Shown here: piece by piece, positions 1 to 11,268 of the stretch
Numbering within the stretch: the first letter of the stretch is position 1
Layout: each line of letters begins with the position of its first letter
Assembly: GCA_012744445.1 (NCBI GenBank)
Contig: JAAYBZ010000165.1
Span: 1-63,570, forward strand
Length of the DNA stretch: 63,570 bases
Origin: Myxococcales bacterium
Lineage (GTDB): Bacteria > Myxococcota_A > Polyangia > Polyangiales > Houyiibacteriaceae
Reading direction: 5' to 3'
Program-made: the position numbers and the translations under genes
Notes under the pieces: model-generated
Seen by the model: only the letters and a program-made list of their open reading frames with translations
The model's database searches: none
What the model was told of the DNA's origin: nothing

Positions 1-122
1 AGCGCGGTTTCGGTGAGTGGGCTCGCCTCCGGCCGAGCACGGGGGCGCGACGGTCCGCGGGCCCCGCACCTCTCCCCCGGAAAGCGAGCCGAACGGGGGC
101 GACGTGCTATGGTCGTCGCGCC

Positions 123-716
123 ATGACTCGCCGCGCGAAGGTGGTCCGCGAGACGCACGAGACCCGCATCGAGGTCGAGATCGACCTCGATGGCACGGGG
201 AAGACCCAGGTGGAGACGCCGATTGGCTTCTTGACCCACATGGTCGAGCAGATCGGCCGCCACGGCCTCTTCGACCTCACGGTGCGGGCCGAGGGCGATA
301 CGCACATCGACGGACACCACACCACCGAAGACCTGGGCATCACGCTCGGCAAGGCCGTGGCGGAGGCGCTCGGCGACAAGCGCGGCATCCGCCGCTACGG
401 CGAGGCCACCCTGCCCATGGACGAGGCGCTGGTCTCCTGCCACCTCGACCTCAGCGGGCGGACGTACTTCGTCTTCCGCGTGCCGCTCCCCAAGGCGAGG
501 CTCGGCGAGTTCGACACCGAGCTCGCGGAGGTCTTCTTCGAGGGCTTCGCGCGCGGGGCGCAGTGCAACCTCCACATGCGCAAGATCGAAGGCGACAACC
601 TCCACCACATCATCGAGATCGCGTTCAAGGCGTTCGCGAAGGCACTCCGCGTGGCCACGGAGATCGATCCGCGGCAGGCCGGCGTGCCCTCCACGAAAGG
701 GACGTTGACCGAATGA
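123..716 (+). CDS. hisB: imidazoleglycerol-phosphate dehydratase
   Basis: ORF 123..716. The translation [24 protein letters not shown]...[11 protein letters not shown]...[10 protein letters not shown] is typical of the IGPD family. Its stop overlaps the next gene's start (ATGA at 713-716). Confidence 0.95.
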   Translation: MTRRAKVVRETHETRIEVEIDLDGTGKTQVETPIGFLTHMVEQIGRHGLFDLTVRAEGDTHIDGHHTTEDLGITLGKAVAEALGDKRGIRRYGEATLPMDEALVSCHLDLSGRTYFVFRVPLPKARLGEFDTELAEVFFEGFARGAQCNLHMRKIEGDNLHHIIEIAFKAFAKALRVATEIDPRQAGVPSTKGTLTE

Positions 717-1333
717 GCGCTCGCGAGGTCGCCATCCTCGATCTCGGCGTGGGGAACCTCCACAGCGTCGCGCGCGCGTTCGAGCGCGCGGGCGCGAGGC
801 CCCACATCACCCGCGATGCCGACGAGGTCCGCCGCGCCGAGCGCCTCGTGGTGCCCGGCCAAGGGGCCATCCAGGGGTGCGCGATGGCGCTCCGCGGCGG
901 GCTCGGCGAGGTCGTGCTCGAGCACATCGACCGCGGCCGCCCCTACCTCGGCATCTGCCTCGGCATGCAGGTCCTCTTCGAGGAGAGCGACGAGGCGCCG
1001 GGGACGCCCTGCCTCTCGGTCTTCCGCGGGCGCGTCGTGCGCTTCCGCGAGGACATGGTCGACGCCGAGGGCCGACGCCTCAAGGTCCCGCACATGGGCT
1101 GGAACCGCATCCGCGCGAACCACCCGGTCTTCCAGGACGGAGACTACTTCTACTTCGTCCACAGCTACTACTGCGCGCCCGCCGATCCCTCGATCGTCGC
1201 GGCGACGGCGGACTTCGGCGGCCCCTTCTGCGCCGCGGTGGCCAAGGACAACGTCCTCGCCTGCCAATTCCACCCCGAAAAGAGCCATCACGCGGGTGCG
1301 CGTCTCATCACCCGCTTCCTCGAGGTCGGCTGA
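713..1333 (+). CDS. hisH: imidazole glycerol phosphate synthase, glutamine amidotransferase subunit
   Basis: Internal ATG at 713 of the long ORF 17..1333. [19 protein letters not shown]...PGQGA...[11 protein letters not shown]...HSYY...QFHPEKS shows the class-I GATase Cys/His motifs. The upstream 232 codons of that ORF overlap hisB in another frame. Confidence 0.93.
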   Translation: MSAREVAILDLGVGNLHSVARAFERAGARPHITRDADEVRRAERLVVPGQGAIQGCAMALRGGLGEVVLEHIDRGRPYLGICLGMQVLFEESDEAPGTPCLSVFRGRVVRFREDMVDAEGRRLKVPHMGWNRIRANHPVFQDGDYFYFVHSYYCAPADPSIVAATADFGGPFCAAVAKDNVLACQFHPEKSHHAGARLITRFLEVG

Positions 1334-2118
1334 TGCTCGCGCGACGGATCATCCCTTGCCTGGACGTGAAGAACGGACGCGTCGTCAAAGGCGTGAACTT
1401 CGTGGGCCTGCGCGACGCGGGGGATCCGGTGGAGTGCGCCAAGCGCTATTCCGACGGCGGCGCCGACGAGATCACCTTCCTCGACATCACGGCCAGCCAC
1501 GAGGAGCGGCCCATCATCCTCGACATCGTGGAGCGCACCGCCTCCACGGTCGCCGTGCCGCTCACGGTCGGCGGCGGCGTGCGTGAGCTCACCGACGTAC
1601 AGGCGCTCCTCCACGCCGGCGCCGACAAGGTGAGCATCAACAGCGCCGCGGTGAACGATCCCGAGCTCGTGCGCCGCGCCTCCGAGCGCTACGGCTCGCA
1701 GGCCATCGTCGTCGCCATCGACGCCAAGCGCGTCTCGGGCGACGGCGAGGCGCCCCGTTGGGAGGTCTTCACGCACGGCGGGCGCAAGAACACCGGCCTC
1801 GACGCCATCGAGTGGGCCCGCCGCGTGGCCGCCCTCGGCGCGGGCGAGATCCTGCTCACGAGCATGGATCGCGACGGCACGCAGGGAGGCTACGACCTCC
1901 CGCTCACGCGCGCGGTCGCCGACGCCGTCTCCATCCCCGTCGTCGCGTCCGGCGGCGTGGGCTCGCTCGAAGACATCCACCGCGGGCTCACCGAGGGCGG
2001 CGCCGACGCGGCGCTCGCGGCCTCCATCTTCCACGACGGCCGATACACCGTCGCCGAAGTGAAGCAATATCTCCTCGATCGCGGCGTCCCCGTGCGCCCG
2101 CCTGAGAAGGATGTCTGA
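1333..2118 (+). CDS. hisF: imidazole glycerol phosphate synthase, cyclase subunit
   Basis: ATG at 1333 overlaps the hisH stop (TGATG). [23 protein letters not shown]...[12 protein letters not shown]...[15 protein letters not shown]...ASGG is the HisF TIM-barrel signature. Confidence 0.95.
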   Translation: MLARRIIPCLDVKNGRVVKGVNFVGLRDAGDPVECAKRYSDGGADEITFLDITASHEERPIILDIVERTASTVAVPLTVGGGVRELTDVQALLHAGADKVSINSAAVNDPELVRRASERYGSQAIVVAIDAKRVSGDGEAPRWEVFTHGGRKNTGLDAIEWARRVAALGAGEILLTSMDRDGTQGGYDLPLTRAVADAVSIPVVASGGVGSLEDIHRGLTEGGADAALAASIFHDGRYTVAEVKQYLLDRGVPVRPPEKDV

Positions 2119-2761
2119 GCTCCGTACGAGCGCCGAAGATCTGCTTCGTGCCGCCGAGGCCGGCCGACTCCTGGTGCCGGTGGAGGTCGCCGCGTTCATC
2201 GTGCTCCGCTGCGTGGAGATCCTCGCCGAGCACCCGCGGGCGTTTGCGCCTCGCGACGTCACCTTCGACGAGCACGGGCAGGTGACCATCCAAGGCCTCG
2301 GCGCCGCCGGCGAGCACGAGGCCACCGCGGCCGCGACCGAGCTCCTCCGCCGCCTCCTCCTCGCGAGCTCCGGGGCGAGCCCGAGCTCGCTCCTCGAGTG
2401 GCTCGAGCGCAGCCGCACCACCTCGCCGCTCCGGCTCGAGGCGATGCGCGACGAGGTCGAGGCGGCGCTCGTCCCGCTCAACCGCGACGCCGCGACCCGG
2501 CTGCTCGCGCGCTTCATCCGGTCGAGCGCGGCCGCCGAGCAAGCCGCGAGCCGCCGCGTCGACGATCGCGCGCTCGACGACGAGCTCGACCGCTTCCTCC
2601 GCGATGGACGCGGCCGCTCGAGCGGCGAGCTCGATGCCCTCGAGTCGAAGCTCGTCGAGAAGCGGCAGAAGCGCGGCCCCGGCCTGGGGATCACGCTCGT
2701 GGTGATCGCCGCGGCCGCCGCCGTGGGCTATGCGCTGAGCGAGCTCGCCTTCGGCGGCTGA
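2111..2761 (+). CDS. hypothetical tail-anchored membrane protein
   Basis: High third-position GC in this frame. There is an 8-nt overlap with the hisF stop. A single C-terminal hydrophobic helix ([21 protein letters not shown]) is present. No family was recognised. Confidence 0.55.
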   Translation: MSELRTSAEDLLRAAEAGRLLVPVEVAAFIVLRCVEILAEHPRAFAPRDVTFDEHGQVTIQGLGAAGEHEATAAATELLRRLLLASSGASPSSLLEWLERSRTTSPLRLEAMRDEVEAALVPLNRDAATRLLARFIRSSAAAEQAASRRVDDRALDDELDRFLRDGRGRSSGELDALESKLVEKRQKRGPGLGITLVVIAAAAAVGYALSELAFGG

Positions 2762-2764
2762 GCC

Positions 2765-4543
2765 TCAGAGGCGGATCTCGCCGCTCGCGATGGCGCGGTG
2801 GATCGCCTCGGTGAGCGGCACGTAGCGGTCCTCGAGGAAGTAGAGCCGGTCGTCGCCCACCTTCGACGGATCGAAGCCATCCTCGCGCAGATCGGTCTTC
2901 ACGTGCTTGAACGTCGCCGTCACGCGCATCTCGCGCTGGAGGCGCAAGAAGAGCGGCCGCGCGTACGACGGGAGGTTCCGCTTCACGTATTCGGCGAAGC
3001 CGTCGAGATCGAAGCGCTCGTCGACCACCATCGCGGCCATCCCCGCGCGGCCGTCGGCGTGGGGCACCTCCACGCCGAAGACGTTGGACTCCTGCACGCC
3101 GTCGAAGCGGTTCAACACCTCTTGCACCTCGTTGGTCGAGACGTTCTCGCCCTTCCAGCGGAAGGTGTCGCCGAGGCGATCGACGAAGCTCACCCAGCGG
3201 CCCTCGTGGAGCTTCACGAGGTCGCCCGTGTTGAAGTAGTCGCGGCCGTCGCCGAGCGGATTGCGGAGGATCTTCTCCTCGTTCTTGGCCTTGTCGACGT
3301 AGCCGTCGAAGCGGTTGAGGCGCGTGATGCGCCCCACGAGGATGCCCTTCTCGCCCGGCTTCGCGCGGACGGCTCGCCCCTCGGCGTCGCGCTCGATCTC
3401 GGCCGTGCCCGGCAGCGCGCGGAAGACGTCGTGATCGCGGAGGAGCCGCCCCATCATCCCCGGGACGCCCTCGATGTTCACGAGGCCGACGTTGCCCTCC
3501 GTCGCCCCATAGAACTCGTAGACCTTGGGGATCGCGAAGCGCGCCTGGAAACCCTCCCAGATCTCGGGCCGGAGCCCCGCGCCGAGGATCGCCTGGATGC
3601 GGTGCGCGCGCTCCTTGGGGTGCGGCGGCGCGTTGTAGAGGTATCGGCAGAGCTCGCCGATGTACATGAAGTGCGTCGCGCCGAAGCGCTCGCAGTCCTC
3701 CCAATGGCCCGAGGCCGAGAACTTCCGCCGCATGGCGAAGGTCGCGCCCCCGGCGAGCGCCACGCCCCAGCCGAGCACGACGCCGCTCGAGTGGTACATC
3801 GGGAGACCCGATCCGTAGACGACGTGCGAGGGATCGATGCGGAGCAGGACCTGGCTGAAGATCCCGGCGGCGCGGAAGAAGCGATCGTTCCGCCAGAGGG
3901 CGGCCTTGGGGAAGCCCGTGGTGCCCGAGGTGTAGATGTAGAGGAGCGGATCCTCGCCCTTCTGCACGCGCGTGCGGCCCGGGTTGGCCTCCGAGCTCCT
4001 CTCGAGGATGGCGTCGAAGCTCGTCGCGCCCTCGATGGAGCCGTGATCGTCCCCATCGGACCAGACGAGGACGCGGTCGAGGCCCACGGGGAGCGCGTCG
4101 CGGATCTCGTCGAGCTTGGCCACGTGCTCGCTGCCCGCGAGGACGAGCGCGGGCGAGCAGATGCGGAGCGCGTGCTCGAGCTGGGCGCCGCCCACGTGCG
4201 TGTTCACGAGCGAGGTGACGACGCCGATCTTGGAGCCCCCGGCGATGGCGATCACGTACTCGGGCCGGTTGTCCATCACGAGCGCGACGACGTCTCCCTT
4301 GCGTACGCCGAGGGAGAGGAGCGCGTTCGCGTATCGGTTCGCGGCGCGATCGAGCTCGGCGTGCGAGATGCGCCGGGACTCGAAGAGGATGGCGGCGCCG
4401 GTGGGGTTTGCCTTCGCGTGCGCCTCGACGAGCGCGGCCGGCGAGATCCGCTTCGTCGGGCGCAGGTTCGCGAGGGCGTAGCCGATCGCGCGGAGCGTGA
4501 ACGCGGCCTGTCTGAGGTTGGAACGAAACGCTGCGAAGCTCAC
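2765..4543 (-). CDS. long-chain acyl-CoA synthetase / fatty-acid transport protein-like AMP-binding enzyme
   Basis: 592-aa ORF with a GTG start. AMP-binding motifs are YIYTSGTTGFPKAA, YGATEG, TGDLV and WKGENVST (FATP / very-long-chain ACS-like). Confidence 0.9.
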   Translation of the reverse strand: MSFAAFRSNLRQAAFTLRAIGYALANLRPTKRISPAALVEAHAKANPTGAAILFESRRISHAELDRAANRYANALLSLGVRKGDVVALVMDNRPEYVIAIAGGSKIGVVTSLVNTHVGGAQLEHALRICSPALVLAGSEHVAKLDEIRDALPVGLDRVLVWSDGDDHGSIEGATSFDAILERSSEANPGRTRVQKGEDPLLYIYTSGTTGFPKAALWRNDRFFRAAGIFSQVLLRIDPSHVVYGSGLPMYHSSGVVLGWGVALAGGATFAMRRKFSASGHWEDCERFGATHFMYIGELCRYLYNAPPHPKERAHRIQAILGAGLRPEIWEGFQARFAIPKVYEFYGATEGNVGLVNIEGVPGMMGRLLRDHDVFRALPGTAEIERDAEGRAVRAKPGEKGILVGRITRLNRFDGYVDKAKNEEKILRNPLGDGRDYFNTGDLVKLHEGRWVSFVDRLGDTFRWKGENVSTNEVQEVLNRFDGVQESNVFGVEVPHADGRAGMAAMVVDERFDLDGFAEYVKRNLPSYARPLFLRLQREMRVTATFKHVKTDLREDGFDPSKVGDDRLYFLEDRYVPLTEAIHRAIASGEIRL

Positions 4544-4587
4544 GGGCCCCTCCCGGACCGCGAGCTCCTAGGCGTCCGCGGCCCCTC

Positions 4588-7209
<2,622 letters not shown>

Positions 7210-7381
7210 GGCGTCTCGGGGGTAGCTCGGAACCGGGGCGGACGGCGGCCCGCCCAGAGGTCCCGAGGCGTGGCGACGGGGTAGCACGAAATCGCCGAAA
7301 AATCAGCCGATTTCAATCGGTTCCGGGGGTTTTCGACCGGGTTTCGGCGCGCGGCCGAAAAGGAGCCCGATCGCCCGTTTT

Positions 7382-7410
7382 TTGACCGCGCGGAAGGGGC
7401 CGTCTTACAT
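7382..7410 (+). promoter_or_regulatory. putative sigma70-type promoter TTGACC-N17-TTACAT upstream of or overlapping the SPOR gene start
   Basis: TTGACC at 7382-7387, a 17-nt spacer, and TTACAT at 7405-7410, within an AT-enriched divergent region between gyrA and the SPOR gene. Confidence 0.3.
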
Positions 7411-8146
7411 GGCCGCGATGGACTCGGCGATGCGCGATCTGGACCAGATCCAGGAACGTGACGACGACACCCCTTCGCGGAAGCTCGCGATGCTGGTCAT
7501 GGCGGCCCTCTCGACCGTGGGGCTGGTCTTCGCCATGGGCGTCCTGCTCCGCGACGGCGCAGCCGCGAGCGCCGCGAAGGAAGATCCCCTCGGGCACCTC
7601 GACGCCCTCGATCTCGCCGCGGGCGCGAAGGCCGCCCCCGCGGCACCCGCGCCGGAGGAGCCCGAGCCCGAGCTCACCTTCCACGCGGCGCTCACCACCC
7701 CCAAGAACCCGGAGCTCGCGGCGGCCATCGCGGCCGCCGACGCCGAGCTCGCCGCGCTCGAGCAGCGCGATCCGCACCCGGCGCGCACGGTCGCCCTCGC
7801 CCTCAGCGAGGCCGCCGGCCGCGAGCTCCCCGAGCTCGAGCCCGCCCCGGCCCCGCGCGCCCGCGCCGTCCCCGCCAAGGCCGACGCCGACGCCGACGCC
7901 GACGAGGGTCGCCGCGGCTACGCCCTCCAGGTGGCGAGCTACAAGAACCCGGAGGAGGCCCAGACCTTCGCCAAGGAGCTCGAGCGCCGCTCGTACCCGG
8001 TCTTCGTCGAGCGCGCCGTCATCGACGGCCGCGGCGAGTTCCACCGGGTGCGCCTCGGCCCCTTCGAATCGCGCGGCGAGGCGCTCCGGCAGCGCGCCCG
8101 CTTCGAAGAAGAAGAGCGCATCCACACGCTCCTCGTGAAGCTCTGA
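7409..8146 (+). CDS. SPOR (peptidoglycan-binding) domain membrane protein
   Basis: The C-terminus [55 protein letters not shown] is a SPOR domain. There is an N-terminal TM helix ([22 protein letters not shown]) and an Ala/Pro-rich linker. The start is uncertain: TTG 7382, or ATG at 7409, 7418 or 7430. Confidence 0.75.
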   Translation: MAAMDSAMRDLDQIQERDDDTPSRKLAMLVMAALSTVGLVFAMGVLLRDGAAASAAKEDPLGHLDALDLAAGAKAAPAAPAPEEPEPELTFHAALTTPKNPELAAAIAAADAELAALEQRDPHPARTVALALSEAAGRELPELEPAPAPRARAVPAKADADADADEGRRGYALQVASYKNPEEAQTFAKELERRSYPVFVERAVIDGRGEFHRVRLGPFESRGEALRQRARFEEEERIHTLLVKL

Positions 8147-8198
8147 GACGTCCCCGAACCGCGATGCTCATCGCGGCGGCGCGCCCGATGATCCCGGT

Positions 8199-8408
8199 AT
8201 GGACAACAAGGATCTCATCGGTGCGGGCATCGGGAGCGGGCTCATCGGCGCGGTCGTCTTCGGGGTGATCGCGCTCATGGCGATCCAATTCCAGCTCCAG
8301 GAACCCATCCTCGCGTACGCGGTGCTCCTCGCGGCCTCCGTCGGGGCGACGATCTTCGCCGTGATCGGCCAGGCGGCCGCGCGACGTCTCCCGCGTCGGA
8401 GGGTCTGA
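8199..8408 (+). CDS. small two-helix membrane protein
   Basis: 69 aa with high GC3 and two hydrophobic helices (GLIGAVVFGVIALMAI and AYAVLLAASVGATIFAVIG). No family was recognised. Confidence 0.5.
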   Translation: MDNKDLIGAGIGSGLIGAVVFGVIALMAIQFQLQEPILAYAVLLAASVGATIFAVIGQAAARRLPRRRV

Positions 8409-8450
8409 GCCGGGCCTGCGCGGCCCGCGCCGAGCCGCTATCTTCGAGGG

Positions 8451-9458
8451 ATGACGCGTGACGTCGCGCTCGTGGGGGATCTCGGCGGCACCAAGACGCT
8501 GCTCGCGCTCGTCACGCCCGACGAGAGCCTCGTGCGCGCGCGTTACGAGAGCGCGAGCTTCGACTCGCTCGAGTCGATGATCGACGTCTTCCTCCGCGGA
8601 CGCGACGTGCGGCCGTCGCGCGCCGTCTTCGGCGTGGCCGGCCCGGTGGCGGACGGCCGGGCCAAGCTCACCAACCTCCGCTACGCCGTCGACGAGCGCG
8701 AGCTGCGCGCGCACCTCGGCCTCGAGCGCGTGAAGCTGCTCAACGACCTCGAGGCCACGGCGTTCGCGCTCCCCAAGCTCGAGCCCCGCGCGTTCCACCC
8801 CATCCACGCTGGGCGGGGCCGTGGCCGCGGGGATTTCTGCGTCGTGGCCGTGGGCACGGGGCTCGGCGAGGCGCTCGGCGTGGATCTCGGCTCCGGCTAC
8901 ACCGTGGTCGCCGGCGAAGGGGGGCACGTGGACTTCGCGCCCCACGACGCGCGGAGCGCCGACCTCCTCGCCTACCTCTGGGACACCCTCGGCGGTCACG
9001 TCAGCAAGGAGGCCGTGCTCTCCGGACGCGGGATCGCGCGGCTCTACGAGTTCGTGATCGACCGCGGCCTCGCGCGCCCCGCCCACGCGCTCGACTTCGA
9101 GGACGACCTCAACGTGGCCGTCACGAACGCCGGGCTCGCGGGGAGCTGCCCGGCCGCGCGGCTCGCGCTCGAGCTCTTCGCGGCGCAGCTCGGCGCGCAC
9201 GCGGGCGACGTGGCGCTCCGAGCCCTCCCGCGCGGCGGCGTCTTCCTCGCCGGTGGCATCCCGCCCCGCCTCACGCCGGTGCTCGACACACCGCTCTTCC
9301 GCGACGCCTTCGTGAAGAAGGGGCGCTTCTCGGAGGCGCTCGCCTCCATCCGCGTCGAGATCGTCCTCGATCCCGCCGCGCCGCTCACGGGCGCCACGCA
9401 CGTGGCCTTCGCCCGGTGGGAGGGCGAGGGACGCACCGCGCTGCCCTGGGGCGCCTGA
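8451..9458 (+). CDS. glk: glucokinase
   Basis: MTRDVALVGDLGGTKTLLALV (the ATP-binding DxGGT motif of Glk/ROK-type sugar kinases). The 335-aa length and overall pattern fit the Glk family. Confidence 0.9.
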   Translation: MTRDVALVGDLGGTKTLLALVTPDESLVRARYESASFDSLESMIDVFLRGRDVRPSRAVFGVAGPVADGRAKLTNLRYAVDERELRAHLGLERVKLLNDLEATAFALPKLEPRAFHPIHAGRGRGRGDFCVVAVGTGLGEALGVDLGSGYTVVAGEGGHVDFAPHDARSADLLAYLWDTLGGHVSKEAVLSGRGIARLYEFVIDRGLARPAHALDFEDDLNVAVTNAGLAGSCPAARLALELFAAQLGAHAGDVALRALPRGGVFLAGGIPPRLTPVLDTPLFRDAFVKKGRFSEALASIRVEIVLDPAAPLTGATHVAFARWEGEGRTALPWGA

Positions 9459-11213
9459 TCAGCCCCAATCGCGGCTGAGCCGGAACGCCGCGTTGATCAT
9501 CCCCACGTGCGAGTAGGTCTGCGGGAAGTTCCCCGAGAGCTCGTTCGTCGTCGGGAGGATGTCCTCGCTCAACAGCCCGAAGGTGTTCCGGCACGCGAGG
9601 AGGCGATCGAAGATCGCGCGCGCCTCGTCCTTGCGGCCCACCCTCGCGAGCGCCTCGACGAGCCAGAAATTGCAGACGGTGAACGCCGCCTCCTGAAGCC
9701 CGAAGTCGTCGGCCACGTCGTATCGCCGCAGGTATCCTCCGTCGACGGCGAGGCCCTCGGCGATGGCCTGGACGTGCGTGCGGGCCTTCGCCTCGTCGCC
9801 CTCGAAGAAGCCGAGGTGCACGGCGAGGAGGAGCGCCGCGTCGAGGTTGGTCTTTCCGGCCGCCTGCGTGAGGACGCCGGGGTTGGGGTTCCAGCACTTC
9901 TCGAGGAGGAGCGCCCGCGCCGCGCGCTCGATGCGCTCGCCCCGCTTCTCGAGCGAAGCGTCCCCGAGCGCGGCGCCGATCTCCCTGGCCCGCCTCGCGC
10001 CCGCCCAGTGCATCAGCAGCGTGAACGCGTGGATCTGCTGCGTCCCTCGGAGCTCCCAGAGCCCCGCGTCGGGCTCCTCGAGGCGCCGCTCGATCTGCGC
10101 GAGGAGCCGGTGCACGAGGCGATGCGTGCCCGCGATGGCGCTCGAGCTGACGAAGCGCGCGTCGAGGAGCACGCGGCTCACCGCGAGGATCATCTCGCCG
10201 TAGACGTCGTTCTGGACGTGCTCGTGCGCCTGGTTGCCGATGCGCACCGGGCCGTCGCCCCGGAACCCGGGGAGGTGCTCGAGGATGTGCTCCTCCATGT
10301 CGGTGTCCCCCGCGGCGGTGTACACGGGCCGGAGCTCGTCGCCGTAGTTTTCGCAGAGGTTCCGGAGGTAATCGATGAAGAGCTCCATCTCCTCGAACTG
10401 GCCGAGCCGCTCGAGCGCGTTCAGCGTGAAGTAGGCGTCGCGCAGCCAGCAGAAGCGGTAGTCCCAGTTGCGCCCCGAGCCCGGGAATTCGGGGAGGCTC
10501 GTCGTCGTCGCCGCGAGGAGCGCGCCGGTGTCCTCGAACTGATGGAGCTTGAGCGCGAGCGCAGAGCGGATCACCGGCTCCTGGTAGTCGCGCGGCACGT
10601 TGGTGTGCTTCACCCAGCGCTGCCAGTAGGCGATCGTCCGTCGGAGCGAGCCCTCCGCCGTCTCCACGAGGTCCGTCTCGAGCGGCTGCCCGTAGGTGAG
10701 CGCCAGGTAGACGTCGGAGTCGAGGAGGAAGGGCCGTCCGTCTTCGATGGCCGTGAGCGGCGCGTTGGTGGTGAGCCGGAGCGGCGCGTCGAGCCCTTGC
10801 CAGGCGATGTGGTTGCTCGCGGACCACCGCGCGAGCTTCTTCCGCCCGTAGTCGCCGACCGGCTCGCAGACCACCCGCACGAGCGGCTCGCCCGAGATGG
10901 CGCGGATGATGCGGAACACCTTCGTGGGCTTGTAGTAGCGCTCGTACTGGCGATAGCGCGGCGCGAAGTCGGTGACGGAGAAGGCACCGCGGCTCGTGTG
11001 GAAGATCGTCTTGATGACGTTCGTGTTGTCGACGTACGCCTGGTGGATCGACTCCACATCGGGGGCATCGATGGTGAAATGGCCTCCTCGCTCGGCGTCG
11101 AGGAGCCTCCCGAACACGAAGCTGGAGTCCATCCTCGGAAAGCAGAGCCACTCGATCGACGCGTTCTTGATCAAAGCACTGAACGCGCAATTTCCGATGA
11201 GGCCGTAGTCCAT
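9459..11213 (-). CDS. glycoside hydrolase family 15 (glucoamylase/trehalase-like)
   Basis: The internal ATG at 11213 gives MDYGLIGNCAFSALI..., the typical GH15 bacterial N-terminus. The (alpha/alpha)6 catalytic region contains WDYRFCWLRDA and FWLVEALA. The 58 codons upstream have low GC3. Confidence 0.88.
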   Translation of the reverse strand: MDYGLIGNCAFSALIKNASIEWLCFPRMDSSFVFGRLLDAERGGHFTIDAPDVESIHQAYVDNTNVIKTIFHTSRGAFSVTDFAPRYRQYERYYKPTKVFRIIRAISGEPLVRVVCEPVGDYGRKKLARWSASNHIAWQGLDAPLRLTTNAPLTAIEDGRPFLLDSDVYLALTYGQPLETDLVETAEGSLRRTIAYWQRWVKHTNVPRDYQEPVIRSALALKLHQFEDTGALLAATTTSLPEFPGSGRNWDYRFCWLRDAYFTLNALERLGQFEEMELFIDYLRNLCENYGDELRPVYTAAGDTDMEEHILEHLPGFRGDGPVRIGNQAHEHVQNDVYGEMILAVSRVLLDARFVSSSAIAGTHRLVHRLLAQIERRLEEPDAGLWELRGTQQIHAFTLLMHWAGARRAREIGAALGDASLEKRGERIERAARALLLEKCWNPNPGVLTQAAGKTNLDAALLLAVHLGFFEGDEAKARTHVQAIAEGLAVDGGYLRRYDVADDFGLQEAAFTVCNFWLVEALARVGRKDEARAIFDRLLACRNTFGLLSEDILPTTNELSGNFPQTYSHVGMINAAFRLSRDWG

Positions 11214-11268
11214 GGGTCGACGTTCATCTTTGCCGTCGGCCGCGCTTGTGTCTACGGTGGATCGAGCG

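Noticed and set aside
17-1333. Long composite ORFs whose 5' parts read through upstream genes: 17..1333, 877..2118, 14279..16123, 15762..17045, 30358..32145, 36274..37218, 49464..52337, 54669..55799 and 45806..46999.
   Set aside because: Only the 3' portions match protein families (hisH, hisF, pgi, FHA-GGDEF, MlaE, rlmB, TIGR02757, HPr, phosphoesterase). The 5' extensions overlap the preceding gene in another frame. Starts were therefore trimmed to internal ATG/GTG codons, usually coupled to the upstream stop.
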